The notes beneath the pieces are model-generated. The model was given only the letters and a program-made list of their open reading frames with translations, had not been told where the DNA came from and searched no databases. The position numbers and the translations under genes are program-made. A stretch of DNA of 64,000 nt from Candidatus Hydrogenedentota bacterium (lineage in GTDB: Bacteria; Hydrogenedentota; Hydrogenedentia; Hydrogenedentales; SLHB01): positions 544,001 through 608,000 of the forward strand of contig CAXXTH010000010.1 of the NCBI GenBank assembly GCA_963668025.2. Direction: 5' to 3'. Of this stretch, positions 49,167 through 57,712 are shown one piece after another; the stretch's first letter is position 1, and every line of letters begins with the position of its first letter.

Positions 49167-49216
49167 GGTGCGTCCTCCTCGTTTTGTTTCGCGGGTTCAC
49201 CGGGCGGGGAGTGCGC

Positions 49217-49258
49217 ACATAAGAAGAGCCCCCGTCGGCTACGCGCCGCGGGGGCTCT
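49217..49258 (-). terminator. Attenuator terminator hairpin of the ilvB leader
   Basis: 10-bp stem AGAGCCCCCG/CGGGGGCTCT (49225-49258), followed on the minus strand by TCTTATGT. Confidence 0.8.
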
Positions 49259-49283
49259 GGATTGATTGTCTGAGAGCTGGACC

Positions 49284-49385
49284 CTACGGCGCGCAACGCA
49301 CCACCACGAGCCGTACTACTACGAGCACGGCCATCGTGAGGCGTACGTTGTTTTCGCCAGCAGAGTACACGACAGCTTCTTCCAT
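49284..49385 (-). CDS. ilvB leader peptide, Val/Leu-rich (start could be 49385, 49370 or 49334)
   Basis: MEEAVVYSAGENNVRLTMAVLVVVRLVVVRCAP*, ending 25 nt before the terminator stem. Absent from the ORF track. Confidence 0.8.
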   Translation of the reverse strand: MEEAVVYSAGENNVRLTMAVLVVVRLVVVRCAP

Positions 49386-49423
49386 TAATGCGATTAACCA
49401 GCGCGCCATGCGCCGGTTAATGA

Positions 49424-49452
49424 TTTATACCACAATGCCTGCCGTGCGTCAA
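49424..49452 (-). promoter_or_regulatory. Sigma70 promoter of the ilv leader
   Basis: TTGACG-17 bp-TATAAA with extended -10 TG. Confidence 0.72.
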
Positions 49453-49715
49453 ACTTCCTTTTGGCTCTTCGTTAGAACTCGTGGGTGGATAGAGTTTCCG
49501 TGAATGGTCACTTGTTTTTGCAAAAGAACTTAAACGATTCGATGGAGCAGCGGATTTGGCATCAAAAGCCTTTCCCGCTAATGCGCCCTCCGTAAGGAGG
49601 ACATCGAAATGGAAACCCAAACGGTTCTGGATCTCAAGCGCCTATATCTGAAAACCAAAGACGGGAAAGCAGACGGGTTGGGTGAAACATGGGCATATGC
49701 ACTTGTCTTTTTTCC

Positions 49716-49863
49716 ACCACGGGGACACGGGGAACGTATACCGTATCCCATGGCATTCAGTATTATAGTCGTTAATAGAGTTTACCCTGAATGTTAAGTC
49801 CTGTTTCTTAGGCATTTGTTTCGTGAACGCCCTTCGTTCCCCGTGGCTCCCCGTGTCCGTGGT
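49716..49863. repeat. Imperfect inverted-repeat element built from CACGGGGA units
   Basis: ACCACGGGGACACGGGGAACG ... CGTTCCCCGTGGCTCCCCGTGTCCGTGGT. Confidence 0.7.
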
Positions 49864-49975
49864 TAAAAAAGCTTCTTTGAACAGGATCGCCACTACCTGC
49901 ATGTTATTCCTAGTGCTCAAACGACCACAAATTCTACTAACGCAGCATAGCAGCAACGAAGTGTTTCGTTTTTTT

Positions 49976-50141
49976 ACCGCGAATAGACGCGAATGAACGC
50001 GAATGAATCATCTCATGGTTTCAATGGCATTGTGGGTACGACATTCGGATATAGGATCTGCGGGGATATACCTGTTGTTAGTTTTCTATGGATCTTGACG
50101 TTCTTCGCGGCTTGCGTGAAATAGGATTCAAGATAAACCTT
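49976..50141 (+). repeat. 166-bp dispersed intergenic repeat, copy 2
   Basis: Homologous to 26067-26232. Confidence 0.85.
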
Positions 50142-50542
50142 GCCTCTCGTATGAGCCTATATCATCCTGTCTAGTATGCTAGTTGTGTGGAAATTCTGAT
50201 ACCCAACGGAATGGGCCGCTGGACCTACTGTACCCTGAAGATGCCTATTTTCGTATCCTTATGCGAAGGATTCTGCCGCCAGCCCCGCGCGGATAATTAG
50301 TCCCTCGCCATTTTGGGGGCCAGCCGGAAAAAAGCAGACTGTGATACGTTGGCAATCACATGGTTCTGACTTCCTAGGCCATTTGCAGGTCGAAGAGACG
50401 ATGTAGAATAATGCGGTCTAGAGCGTATGCATCTCGAACCACTTTCAATTGGATTCTATTCCTTGGCCTTCTGAGGCAATAAGGGAAAGGATGACTGTGT
50501 GTGAATCTTTACAGCGAGTTTACTTGAGGAGTGGAGGGAGAT

Positions 50543-53500
50543 ATGGAGATTTCATCGGTACTCAAGGAACAGGTTGCTCAACAAAAGGTCGCGCTATTCC
50601 TAGGAGCAGGTGCATCTTTGGATGCACGGGATGTGCGGGCTGATAGGCAGCCATCGGCTCTCGATGGACGAGGTTTGGGGGAAAAGCTCAGTGATCGTTA
50701 TCTTTCTGGCAAATTCCAGGATAGGCCGTTGCACGAGATTGCGGAATATGCTATTTCAGAGAGTGGCCTTGTTGACGTTCAGGAGTACATTCGAGATGAA
50801 ATGCAATATCTCGAACCAACAGAGGCTCATCTGCTGATGTCCAGGTTCCGATGGGCTGGTCTGGCAACCACAAACTATGATCTACTAATTGAAAAAGCAT
50901 ATGCAAAAAGCACTGATGCTTGCCAGCATCCCGTAGCCTTTGTCGAGAATGGTGACTCCGTAGACGACAAACTACAAACTGCAGACAACGTGATGTTGCT
51001 TAAGTTGCATGGCTGCATTACCCGGACACGAAATCCCAAATGCCCTCTAATACTCGCAACGGATCAATATATCACGCATAGGGAGGGACGCTCAAGGATA
51101 TTCGCTCACCTAAAAGAGTGGTCTTATGAAAGGACGTTTATATTTATAGGCCATAGTCTACAGGATAGTGATATAAGGCAAATCATCCTGGAAATGCGTG
51201 AAGAAGGGGTAGACCGTCGACACTACATCGTCGACCCCAACATGGATGCTGTCCGCTTGCGCTACTGGGAGGGCCGAAAGATCACCTGCATGCGGTTCAC
51301 CTTTCTCAGTTTCCTTCAGACTCTTGACGAATTGCTAGATTCCCCATTCAGGAATCTTCATATACCGCAAACCATACCTAGAGCCCCAGCTCTTAAGGAG
51401 ATTCCAGACCAACGTAAAGACTTAAGTAGCGCATGTATTGGATTCCTTACAAGGGATGTTGACTACGTCCGCAGTCTCGAAAATATTCCGCACACTACAC
51501 CTCAGCTGTTCTACAAAGGCAATAGCGAGGGATGGGCAGCCATCGAGCAAGACCTTGATGTCAGGAGAAGACTAGAAGACCAAGTGCTTTGTGATTATTT
51601 CCTAGATGATGATGCAAGCCAAAAGAACAGGCCAACACTTATAGTGATCAAAGGCCACGCAGGTTCAGGGAAAACAGTCCTATTGAAGCGTCTTTGTTGG
51701 GAAGCTTCGCGAAGTTACGAAAGAGCTTGTCTGTATCTCCGTGATGAGGGGACTATGTCCGTTGGCATTCTTCAAGAATTTCTAGAGGCGCTGCCAAACC
51801 GACTTTTTATATTCGTAGACCAAGCCTCCAAGAGACTTCGTGAGATCCGGTCTCTATTTGATCATATCGGAAGCATTGGCGCAAAACTGACCGTGGTAAC
51901 AACAGAAAGGATTAATGAATGGAATACAAACTGTCAAGAATTATCCGATCTAGTTTCAAAGGAATACCGGCTTGGCTATCTATCTGAATCTGAAATCAAC
52001 TCACTTATAGATCTTCTGGAAAAGCATAAATCGCTCGGCGCTCTTGACAAAAAATCCAAAGAGGAAAGGCAACATGCTTTCAAGCAACACGCGGGGAGGC
52101 AATTGCTTGTTGCATTGCACGAAGCTACATTGGGAAGGAAGTTTGAGGATATTATCGAGGATGAATACCGTGGAGTAGTGCCATTTCAGGCTCAAAGTAT
52201 ATATCTGACGATATGTGTTCTAAACAGGTTAGGAGTACCGGTTAGAGCTGGTGTCATTTCGAGAATCCACGAAGTGTCTTTCGAGGATTTCAAACGAGAT
52301 TTCTTTTCTCCTCTTGAGATGGTAGTACAGACCCATAGAAATGAGATCTTGAACGATTTTGTTTATACGGCGAGACATCCCGAAATTGCCCAGATCGTGT
52401 TTGAGAGAATACTTAACACAGAGGAGTCTCGATTCGATCTGTATGCACGATGCCTGCGGGGTCTGAATATTGATTATTCAGTTGATAGACAGGCGGTACG
52501 TATGATGATAAGAGGACGTAGTGTACTGGAACTGTTTCCCAATCATGAAATAGCGAGCCAGATTCTGGATTTGGCCATTTCGACGCTGGGGTCTGATGCA
52601 TATGTCTTTCACCAATCAGCCCTATATGAACTCCATAGGACTAATGGAAATCTGCGCCGAGTCAAGGATCTTCTTGATAAAGCTGAAGAATGCGATTCTA
52701 CAGATATGAGCCTGAAGCATTCTCGAGCTGAGTACCACCTTAGATGTGCTGCGCAAGCTTCGACTCTCCTCGAGGAGGAAAAGCATCTTCAGGCCGCTTT
52801 GGATGTTGCTCATGCTCTTGCTGGTTTGCGTTCTGCGACAGCTCATCCTTTTCATACAATGATGAAAGTACAGATGGGCAGATTGGAGAGATATCTTGGC
52901 TCAATTAGCGAGGGAGAGGCGAGTCAGGAAACAGGTGTGTTAGTAGCAAATGCAGAGGAGGTTCTGGCAAAAGGGCTCCAATTGTTCCCAAAGGACTCGT
53001 ATCTACTAGATGCTGAGCACAAACTGGCATCCCTTTTGAAGGACTCAGCGAGAGCATTGACCGCACTCAAGGATGCTTTTGATACGAATCCCCGTAATGC
53101 CTACCTTGCAGCCAGGCTTGCAAAAGTTTATAGCGAGATGTGCCAGAGTGATGAAGCGGTGAAGGTATTAAAGGCTGCACTATCAGCTAACAGAGGAAAC
53201 ACGCAACTGAATTTTGAACTTGCGAATCTTCTTATGTCTATGCATGGCCATCAAGATGATGAGGTCGAGTACTACTTACATCGAAGCTACTCTCCAGGTG
53301 ATGGCAACCATAAGGCGAGGATGCTATACGGCCAACAACTCTATATTAATGATAAAATAACAGAAGCGAAGAGTGTCTTCGCAGAATTGGAAAAAGCAAA
53401 TGCTGGATACGAGGATCGCATAAAGCCAATTCTGCCTCTTGAGGGGAGGTTCAGTGGGGTGATAACTCGCCTATGTGGTACCTATGGCTTCATCAAAAGA

Positions 53501-53647
53501 GATGGAACTAGCGATAGCATCTATTTCAACATGAAGTCCACTGAGTCCCTCGAATCAACTGAGCTTAGAAATGGTAACCGGGTTTCATTTTATATTGCGT
53601 TTAACTTTAAAGGACCAGTTGCGGTAGATGTTAAAGCAAATCTGTGA
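50543..53647 (+). CDS. SIR2-STAND NTPase-TPR-cold-shock(OB)-domain protein, probable anti-phage NADase (Avs5-like)
   Basis: SIR2 motifs LFLGAGAS, TTNYD, KLHG and FIGHSLQD; Walker A GHAGSGKT and Walker B FIFVD; helical repeats; C-terminal YGFIKRDG...IYFN...VSF...GPVAVDV. AT-rich. ATG at 50543 with GGAGG RBS. Confidence 0.85.
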   Translation: MEISSVLKEQVAQQKVALFLGAGASLDARDVRADRQPSALDGRGLGEKLSDRYLSGKFQDRPLHEIAEYAISESGLVDVQEYIRDEMQYLEPTEAHLLMSRFRWAGLATTNYDLLIEKAYAKSTDACQHPVAFVENGDSVDDKLQTADNVMLLKLHGCITRTRNPKCPLILATDQYITHREGRSRIFAHLKEWSYERTFIFIGHSLQDSDIRQIILEMREEGVDRRHYIVDPNMDAVRLRYWEGRKITCMRFTFLSFLQTLDELLDSPFRNLHIPQTIPRAPALKEIPDQRKDLSSACIGFLTRDVDYVRSLENIPHTTPQLFYKGNSEGWAAIEQDLDVRRRLEDQVLCDYFLDDDASQKNRPTLIVIKGHAGSGKTVLLKRLCWEASRSYERACLYLRDEGTMSVGILQEFLEALPNRLFIFVDQASKRLREIRSLFDHIGSIGAKLTVVTTERINEWNTNCQELSDLVSKEYRLGYLSESEINSLIDLLEKHKSLGALDKKSKEERQHAFKQHAGRQLLVALHEATLGRKFEDIIEDEYRGVVPFQAQSIYLTICVLNRLGVPVRAGVISRIHEVSFEDFKRDFFSPLEMVVQTHRNEILNDFVYTARHPEIAQIVFERILNTEESRFDLYARCLRGLNIDYSVDRQAVRMMIRGRSVLELFPNHEIASQILDLAISTLGSDAYVFHQSALYELHRTNGNLRRVKDLLDKAEECDSTDMSLKHSRAEYHLRCAAQASTLLEEEKHLQAALDVAHALAGLRSATAHPFHTMMKVQMGRLERYLGSISEGEASQETGVLVANAEEVLAKGLQLFPKDSYLLDAEHKLASLLKDSARALTALKDAFDTNPRNAYLAARLAKVYSEMCQSDEAVKVLKAALSANRGNTQLNFELANLLMSMHGHQDDEVEYYLHRSYSPGDGNHKARMLYGQQLYINDKITEAKSVFAELEKANAGYEDRIKPILPLEGRFSGVITRLCGTYGFIKRDGTSDSIYFNMKSTESLESTELRNGNRVSFYIAFNFKGPVAVDVKANL

Positions 53648-53659
53648 AGGACACGAAAA

Positions 53660-53675
53660 CGGTAGCTTGCTACCG
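53660..53675. repeat. Short REP-like palindrome after the SIR2 gene
   Basis: CGGTAGC-TT-GCTACCG followed by CTTT. Confidence 0.5.
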
Positions 53676-53727
53676 CTTTGGGCGTGTGGATTTTGTCTGT
53701 ATGTGCATTTCCTGTCTTGGGGATTCA

Positions 53728-53834
53728 AAACGAAAGATCCCCCAAAATCCGGCAAGGACACTTCCATATACGGGTAAGCCACGTCAACATAAGTAGTTGC
53801 GGTTATCACACCCCATTTCTTGGGGGAGCCCCTG
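53728..53834 (-). mobile_element. Solo left end of an IS4-like element related to 30086-31230
   Basis: The reverse complement aligns without gaps to 30086-30192 with 88/107 identities (hand count). Confidence 0.85.
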
Positions 53835-53933
53835 TGAATAAGCCCATTCCATTTCCCATGGCGTTCATGGTATAGTCGTACAGCCTGAGCGCCATGCGGA
53901 GGCGTTTCGGATCTAGAGTGAGGAAGGCCGGCC

Positions 53934-54284
53934 ATGTCGAAGTCTGTCATTTTTTATCACAATCCTCGCTGCTCGAAAAGCCGCGAAGCCCTTGAACTGC
54001 TGCACGAGAATGGTATTCAGCCCGATGTGGTTGAATACTTGAAGAGCCCCCCCGATGTCGAGGAACTGCGCTTGCTGGTTCAACGGCTGGGGATTGCCCC
54101 TCATGATCTCGTGCGCACCAAAGAAGATGTCTACAAACGGTTAGGGCTGAACGAGGAAAGCTCAGAAGAAGATATCTATCAAGCTATGACTGAGCACCCT
54201 ATTCTGATCGAGCGGCCTATTGTCATCACGTCGAAAGGGGTGGCAATCGGGCGTCCGCCTGCGAACGTCCTCTCTGTTTTATAA
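53934..54284 (+). CDS. arsC: Arsenate reductase (glutaredoxin-type ArsC family)
   Basis: YHNPRCSKSR and HPILIERPIV...IGRP. Confidence 0.88.
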   Translation: MSKSVIFYHNPRCSKSREALELLHENGIQPDVVEYLKSPPDVEELRLLVQRLGIAPHDLVRTKEDVYKRLGLNEESSEEDIYQAMTEHPILIERPIVITSKGVAIGRPPANVLSVL

Positions 54285-54337
54285 CAGCGTGTGAGCCCGG
54301 AGCGTCCGGTGAAGGTGGATACTGCACTGCGGCAATG

Positions 54338-56617
54338 CTAAAGCGATGCGGAGTAGCCGCTTTCGGCGGGCTTTGCCTCTTTATGCATGCGCAGGCAAAT
54401 AAAGGCGAGCAAAATGTATTCCTGCCGGGCGCTGGCGGCCTCCCCCAGGCGCAAGGCGCATTCCTCCCATATTTGCGCCAGCGCCCGGTGATGGCCATGC
54501 AAGGGGATGCGTCGCGCAAACATGCTTAACAACCGCGCCCCTTCATCCATTTGGTGGGAGCCAAACGCGTTGATGCAAGGATCCAGCACGCCAGCAGCTT
54601 CTTCATCCGGGCCCGCCAGGCGAACCATGTAGGACTGCAAATTCATGATTTCGTTGGCGTAGCGTGTCCCGGGATGCATGTCCGCGTCGCGGCATAATTG
54701 GATGAATTGGGATTCCGCGTCGAGCATGCGCGCCAATGCAAGCGCTACTTCACGCCGGGATTGGTTCGATTCGAGTTCATATAAAAACTCAAGAAGAGAC
54801 GGCGCCATGCTTTCGACTTGCAGCCCTCCAAGAGCGGCTGCATAAGCGAGGCGAAGCCGCGCATCGCGCTCTTGTATGAAGCGCTCCGCCAGCAGCGGCC
54901 CGGATGTGGTGTCCTCAAGAGCGGCCAGCGCCCGCGCCGCCGCCGATTGCAGGATAGGATGGCTGGAATCTAGGCAAGCTCGCAATGCGGGGATGGCGTC
55001 CGGATCGCCCCGGCGCCCAAGCGCCCAAGCGGTGACGCTGCGCAATTCAAGATCGCCGCTGGCCAGCATGTCGGAAAGCGCCTTGGTGACGCCGGGATCG
55101 CTTGCCATTCGCGCGACAGCGATAATGGCCTCGAGGCGCACGCTATAACTGGGATCATTGAGATCCGCCAGCAATTCACGCGTCGTGAGTGGGCTCTTTG
55201 CTTCTCCCATTTGCTGGGTCACCGAGAGGCGCTGATGCTCATCTTTCGAGCGGCGGTACCGCATGAGGGATTGTGCGGCGGTGAAGGCGTTGCCTCGCAT
55301 GAATAGGGCGATAAACTCGCCCAGCGACATCGAGGTGTCGGTTTTGATTTCGCGGAAGAGCAAAGCGCCGCCAATGAAGGATAACGCCGCCAATAGGATA
55401 AGGGGGCTGTATGCATTGATGGCGATGAAACCAAGCTCACCTGAAATCGAGCGGCTGGCGTCGAGCAGCTTGCCTGCCACCAAAGGCGCTATGCCGCCGC
55501 AGAATCCCAGCCAGGCGTAATACAAGGAAAGATAATTCGTGTTGCGTTCTTCCGGCACCATGGACACCATCAAGATGCGTGAATCGGCAAGCGTATAGCC
55601 TGGGAGCACCACACCCGACATGAAATTGATGGCCAGCACGCCGGCAAGGCTCATCATGCCTGCTTCACGTGGCACGAGCACCCAGCCCAGGGTGACGAAG
55701 GCGGAACAGAAAAGGCAAAAAAGCATCACGGGGCGGCTTCCGAAACGGTCAATGATCCAGCCCCAAAAATAGGTCACGGCGGCGCTAACGGGCAATACGG
55801 CCATACTGATCAGCATGATCATGGAGGAGCTTAAACCCACTTTCTCTTTCATATACAACGTCATAAATGCAGTCGAGCCCAAGCCAAGGACCACCATGCC
55901 GACTCCGCCCAGATAGAACAAGAAGGATTTATCTTGCAGTGCGCTCAGATAACCGGCCCAATGCCGGTTTGGTCCGGGCTTGCGGGGCCGGGGCTTTCCT
56001 CCGGGAGAATGGGAGGCCGCCCACACGGACACAAAACCGAAAACCACCCCGATGGAAAGCAATATCATGTAAGGGTAAAGCCCTTCGAATGCATGCACGA
56101 ACCACGCCGCCGTCCCCATGGCCACGGCCATCGCCAAACTCGAGAGGGCCGTGTTCACCGCATTGAACCGGCCCCGCACCCGGTTAGGAACAAGCTCTTG
56201 CGTCCACGGATATACCGCCGTTTCCGATATGGAGCGGCAAATGGAAAACACCAAAATGCACCCCGCTACATACAGGAAAGCGCCTTGCACTTTATACCGT
56301 TCTAGCACCCAGGGCGTAAGCAGCAGGCACGCCGTGGCCACTTTGCGCATGCCGAAAAAGAGCAGGTAGGTGCGCTTGAATCCAAAGCGGGCGGTAAATG
56401 ACACCACAAATGGTGCGAGCAGGCCGCAGAACGGAAAGAAGGAGAGAAGGAGCCCTATCTTGGATTTGGGCAGCCCGAGTTCATCCATGAAAAGCATGAA
56501 GACGGCGCCGAATACCGTGAGCATGCAGAACACGGCATTGGCCGTGTATTGCACATACAGCCAGCGCAGCCGCCTGAGCTTGACTGCTTCCGTCAGTATG
56601 AGAGCTTTCCGCTGCAT
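54338..56617 (-). CDS. MFS transporter fused to HEAT-repeat domain (start codon uncertain)
   Basis: About 12 hydrophobic segments with WGWIIDRFGSR, then HEAT-like repeats (LNDPSYSVRLEAIIAVARM, AWALGRRGDPDAIPALR). Confidence 0.82.
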   Translation of the reverse strand: MQRKALILTEAVKLRRLRWLYVQYTANAVFCMLTVFGAVFMLFMDELGLPKSKIGLLLSFFPFCGLLAPFVVSFTARFGFKRTYLLFFGMRKVATACLLLTPWVLERYKVQGAFLYVAGCILVFSICRSISETAVYPWTQELVPNRVRGRFNAVNTALSSLAMAVAMGTAAWFVHAFEGLYPYMILLSIGVVFGFVSVWAASHSPGGKPRPRKPGPNRHWAGYLSALQDKSFLFYLGGVGMVVLGLGSTAFMTLYMKEKVGLSSSMIMLISMAVLPVSAAVTYFWGWIIDRFGSRPVMLFCLFCSAFVTLGWVLVPREAGMMSLAGVLAINFMSGVVLPGYTLADSRILMVSMVPEERNTNYLSLYYAWLGFCGGIAPLVAGKLLDASRSISGELGFIAINAYSPLILLAALSFIGGALLFREIKTDTSMSLGEFIALFMRGNAFTAAQSLMRYRRSKDEHQRLSVTQQMGEAKSPLTTRELLADLNDPSYSVRLEAIIAVARMASDPGVTKALSDMLASGDLELRSVTAWALGRRGDPDAIPALRACLDSSHPILQSAAARALAALEDTTSGPLLAERFIQERDARLRLAYAAALGGLQVESMAPSLLEFLYELESNQSRREVALALARMLDAESQFIQLCRDADMHPGTRYANEIMNLQSYMVRLAGPDEEAAGVLDPCINAFGSHQMDEGARLLSMFARRIPLHGHHRALAQIWEECALRLGEAASARQEYILLAFICLRMHKEAKPAESGYSASL

Positions 56618-56763
56618 ATATCTATTCCAGCATTTCCGCCAGCCTTGCATCAGGCGGCCCTTGTCGGGTAAGTATGGCGAAACGAATGCGCGCCGTCCAG
56701 TTTCCCATTCCGGGGGCTGGGCGGCACGCCGTGCTTCGGCGTATTGTAAAGAGGATTATCCCA

Positions 56764-57333
56764 TTGAAGAAATCGGAGTTCCATGCGTGTGTGTTGTTGG
56801 ACCGTGATGGCGTGATCAATGCATCCGTGCGCGACGGATATGTGGTTTCGCCGGAAGGTATTCGGCTGCTGCCTGGGGTGGGCGAAGCCATCGCGGAATT
56901 AAACCGCCACGGATTTGCCGTACTGGTTATTTCGAACCAGCAAGGCGTTGCCAAAGGCGTTATGACCCCTGAGGACCTGGATGCCGTTACAGAAACCGTG
57001 CGGGCGGGCGTATCGGCCGCGGGCGGAACCATCGCCGAGTTCTTCTACTGCACCCATTTGGCCGCGGAGAATTGCCCCTGCCGGAAGCCCAAGCCCGGCC
57101 TCGTCCAACAAGCGCAAGCGCGTTACGGCTTCGAGCTTGCCCAGACGTATCTCGTGGGCGATTCCTATATTGATATGGAGACGGCCCGGCAAGCAGGATG
57201 CCCGGGCATTTTCGTACTCAGCGGCCTGGACGCCGGGCGCTATCATGCCGGAGAACCCCTCCCCATGAAGCCCGCGCATGTGGCGGGCAACTTGCCGGAA
57301 GCCGTACGCTATATCCTCGAAAATGCGCCATAA
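56764..57333 (+). CDS. gmhB: HAD-IIIA phosphatase, GmhB/histidinol-phosphatase family
   Basis: LDRDGVIN, ISNQQG, CTH...CPCRKPKPG and VGDS. TTG start with GAGG RBS. Confidence 0.8.
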   Translation: MKKSEFHACVLLDRDGVINASVRDGYVVSPEGIRLLPGVGEAIAELNRHGFAVLVISNQQGVAKGVMTPEDLDAVTETVRAGVSAAGGTIAEFFYCTHLAAENCPCRKPKPGLVQQAQARYGFELAQTYLVGDSYIDMETARQAGCPGIFVLSGLDAGRYHAGEPLPMKPAHVAGNLPEAVRYILENAP

Positions 57334-57343
57334 GCAGGCGCGG

Positions 57344-57712
57344 CTAGGCGCATATCTCGGCCAGCGCACTCAATAAATCACGCTGCAAAATAGGCTTATG
57401 CAGCGTTTTATGCGCCCCGACCATTTTGGCCGCTGTCAGGAAATCAGCAGGCATGCGCGGCGAACCGCCAGAAACAGCGAGGATCTTTATGGAGGGAAAA
57501 TCCCGGCGCACCTCCATAATGATCTCGATACCTTCTTTCTCGGGCATAAAAATGTCGGTGATTAGCACATCAAAAGAATCCCGTCGCAGCATATCGAGGC
57601 CTGTTTTTCCATTATCGGCATCCATGGCCTCATAACCGGCATGGCGTAGCATTTCACATAACATGCTGCGCACTTGGTCGTCATCATCTATGACCAATAC
57701 TCGGGGCGCCAT
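57344..57712 (-). CDS. Single-domain response regulator
   Basis: VLVIDDD, TDIFMPEKEG and KP. Confidence 0.92.
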   Translation of the reverse strand: MAPRVLVIDDDDQVRSMLCEMLRHAGYEAMDADNGKTGLDMLRRDSFDVLITDIFMPEKEGIEIIMEVRRDFPSIKILAVSGGSPRMPADFLTAAKMVGAHKTLHKPILQRDLLSALAEICA

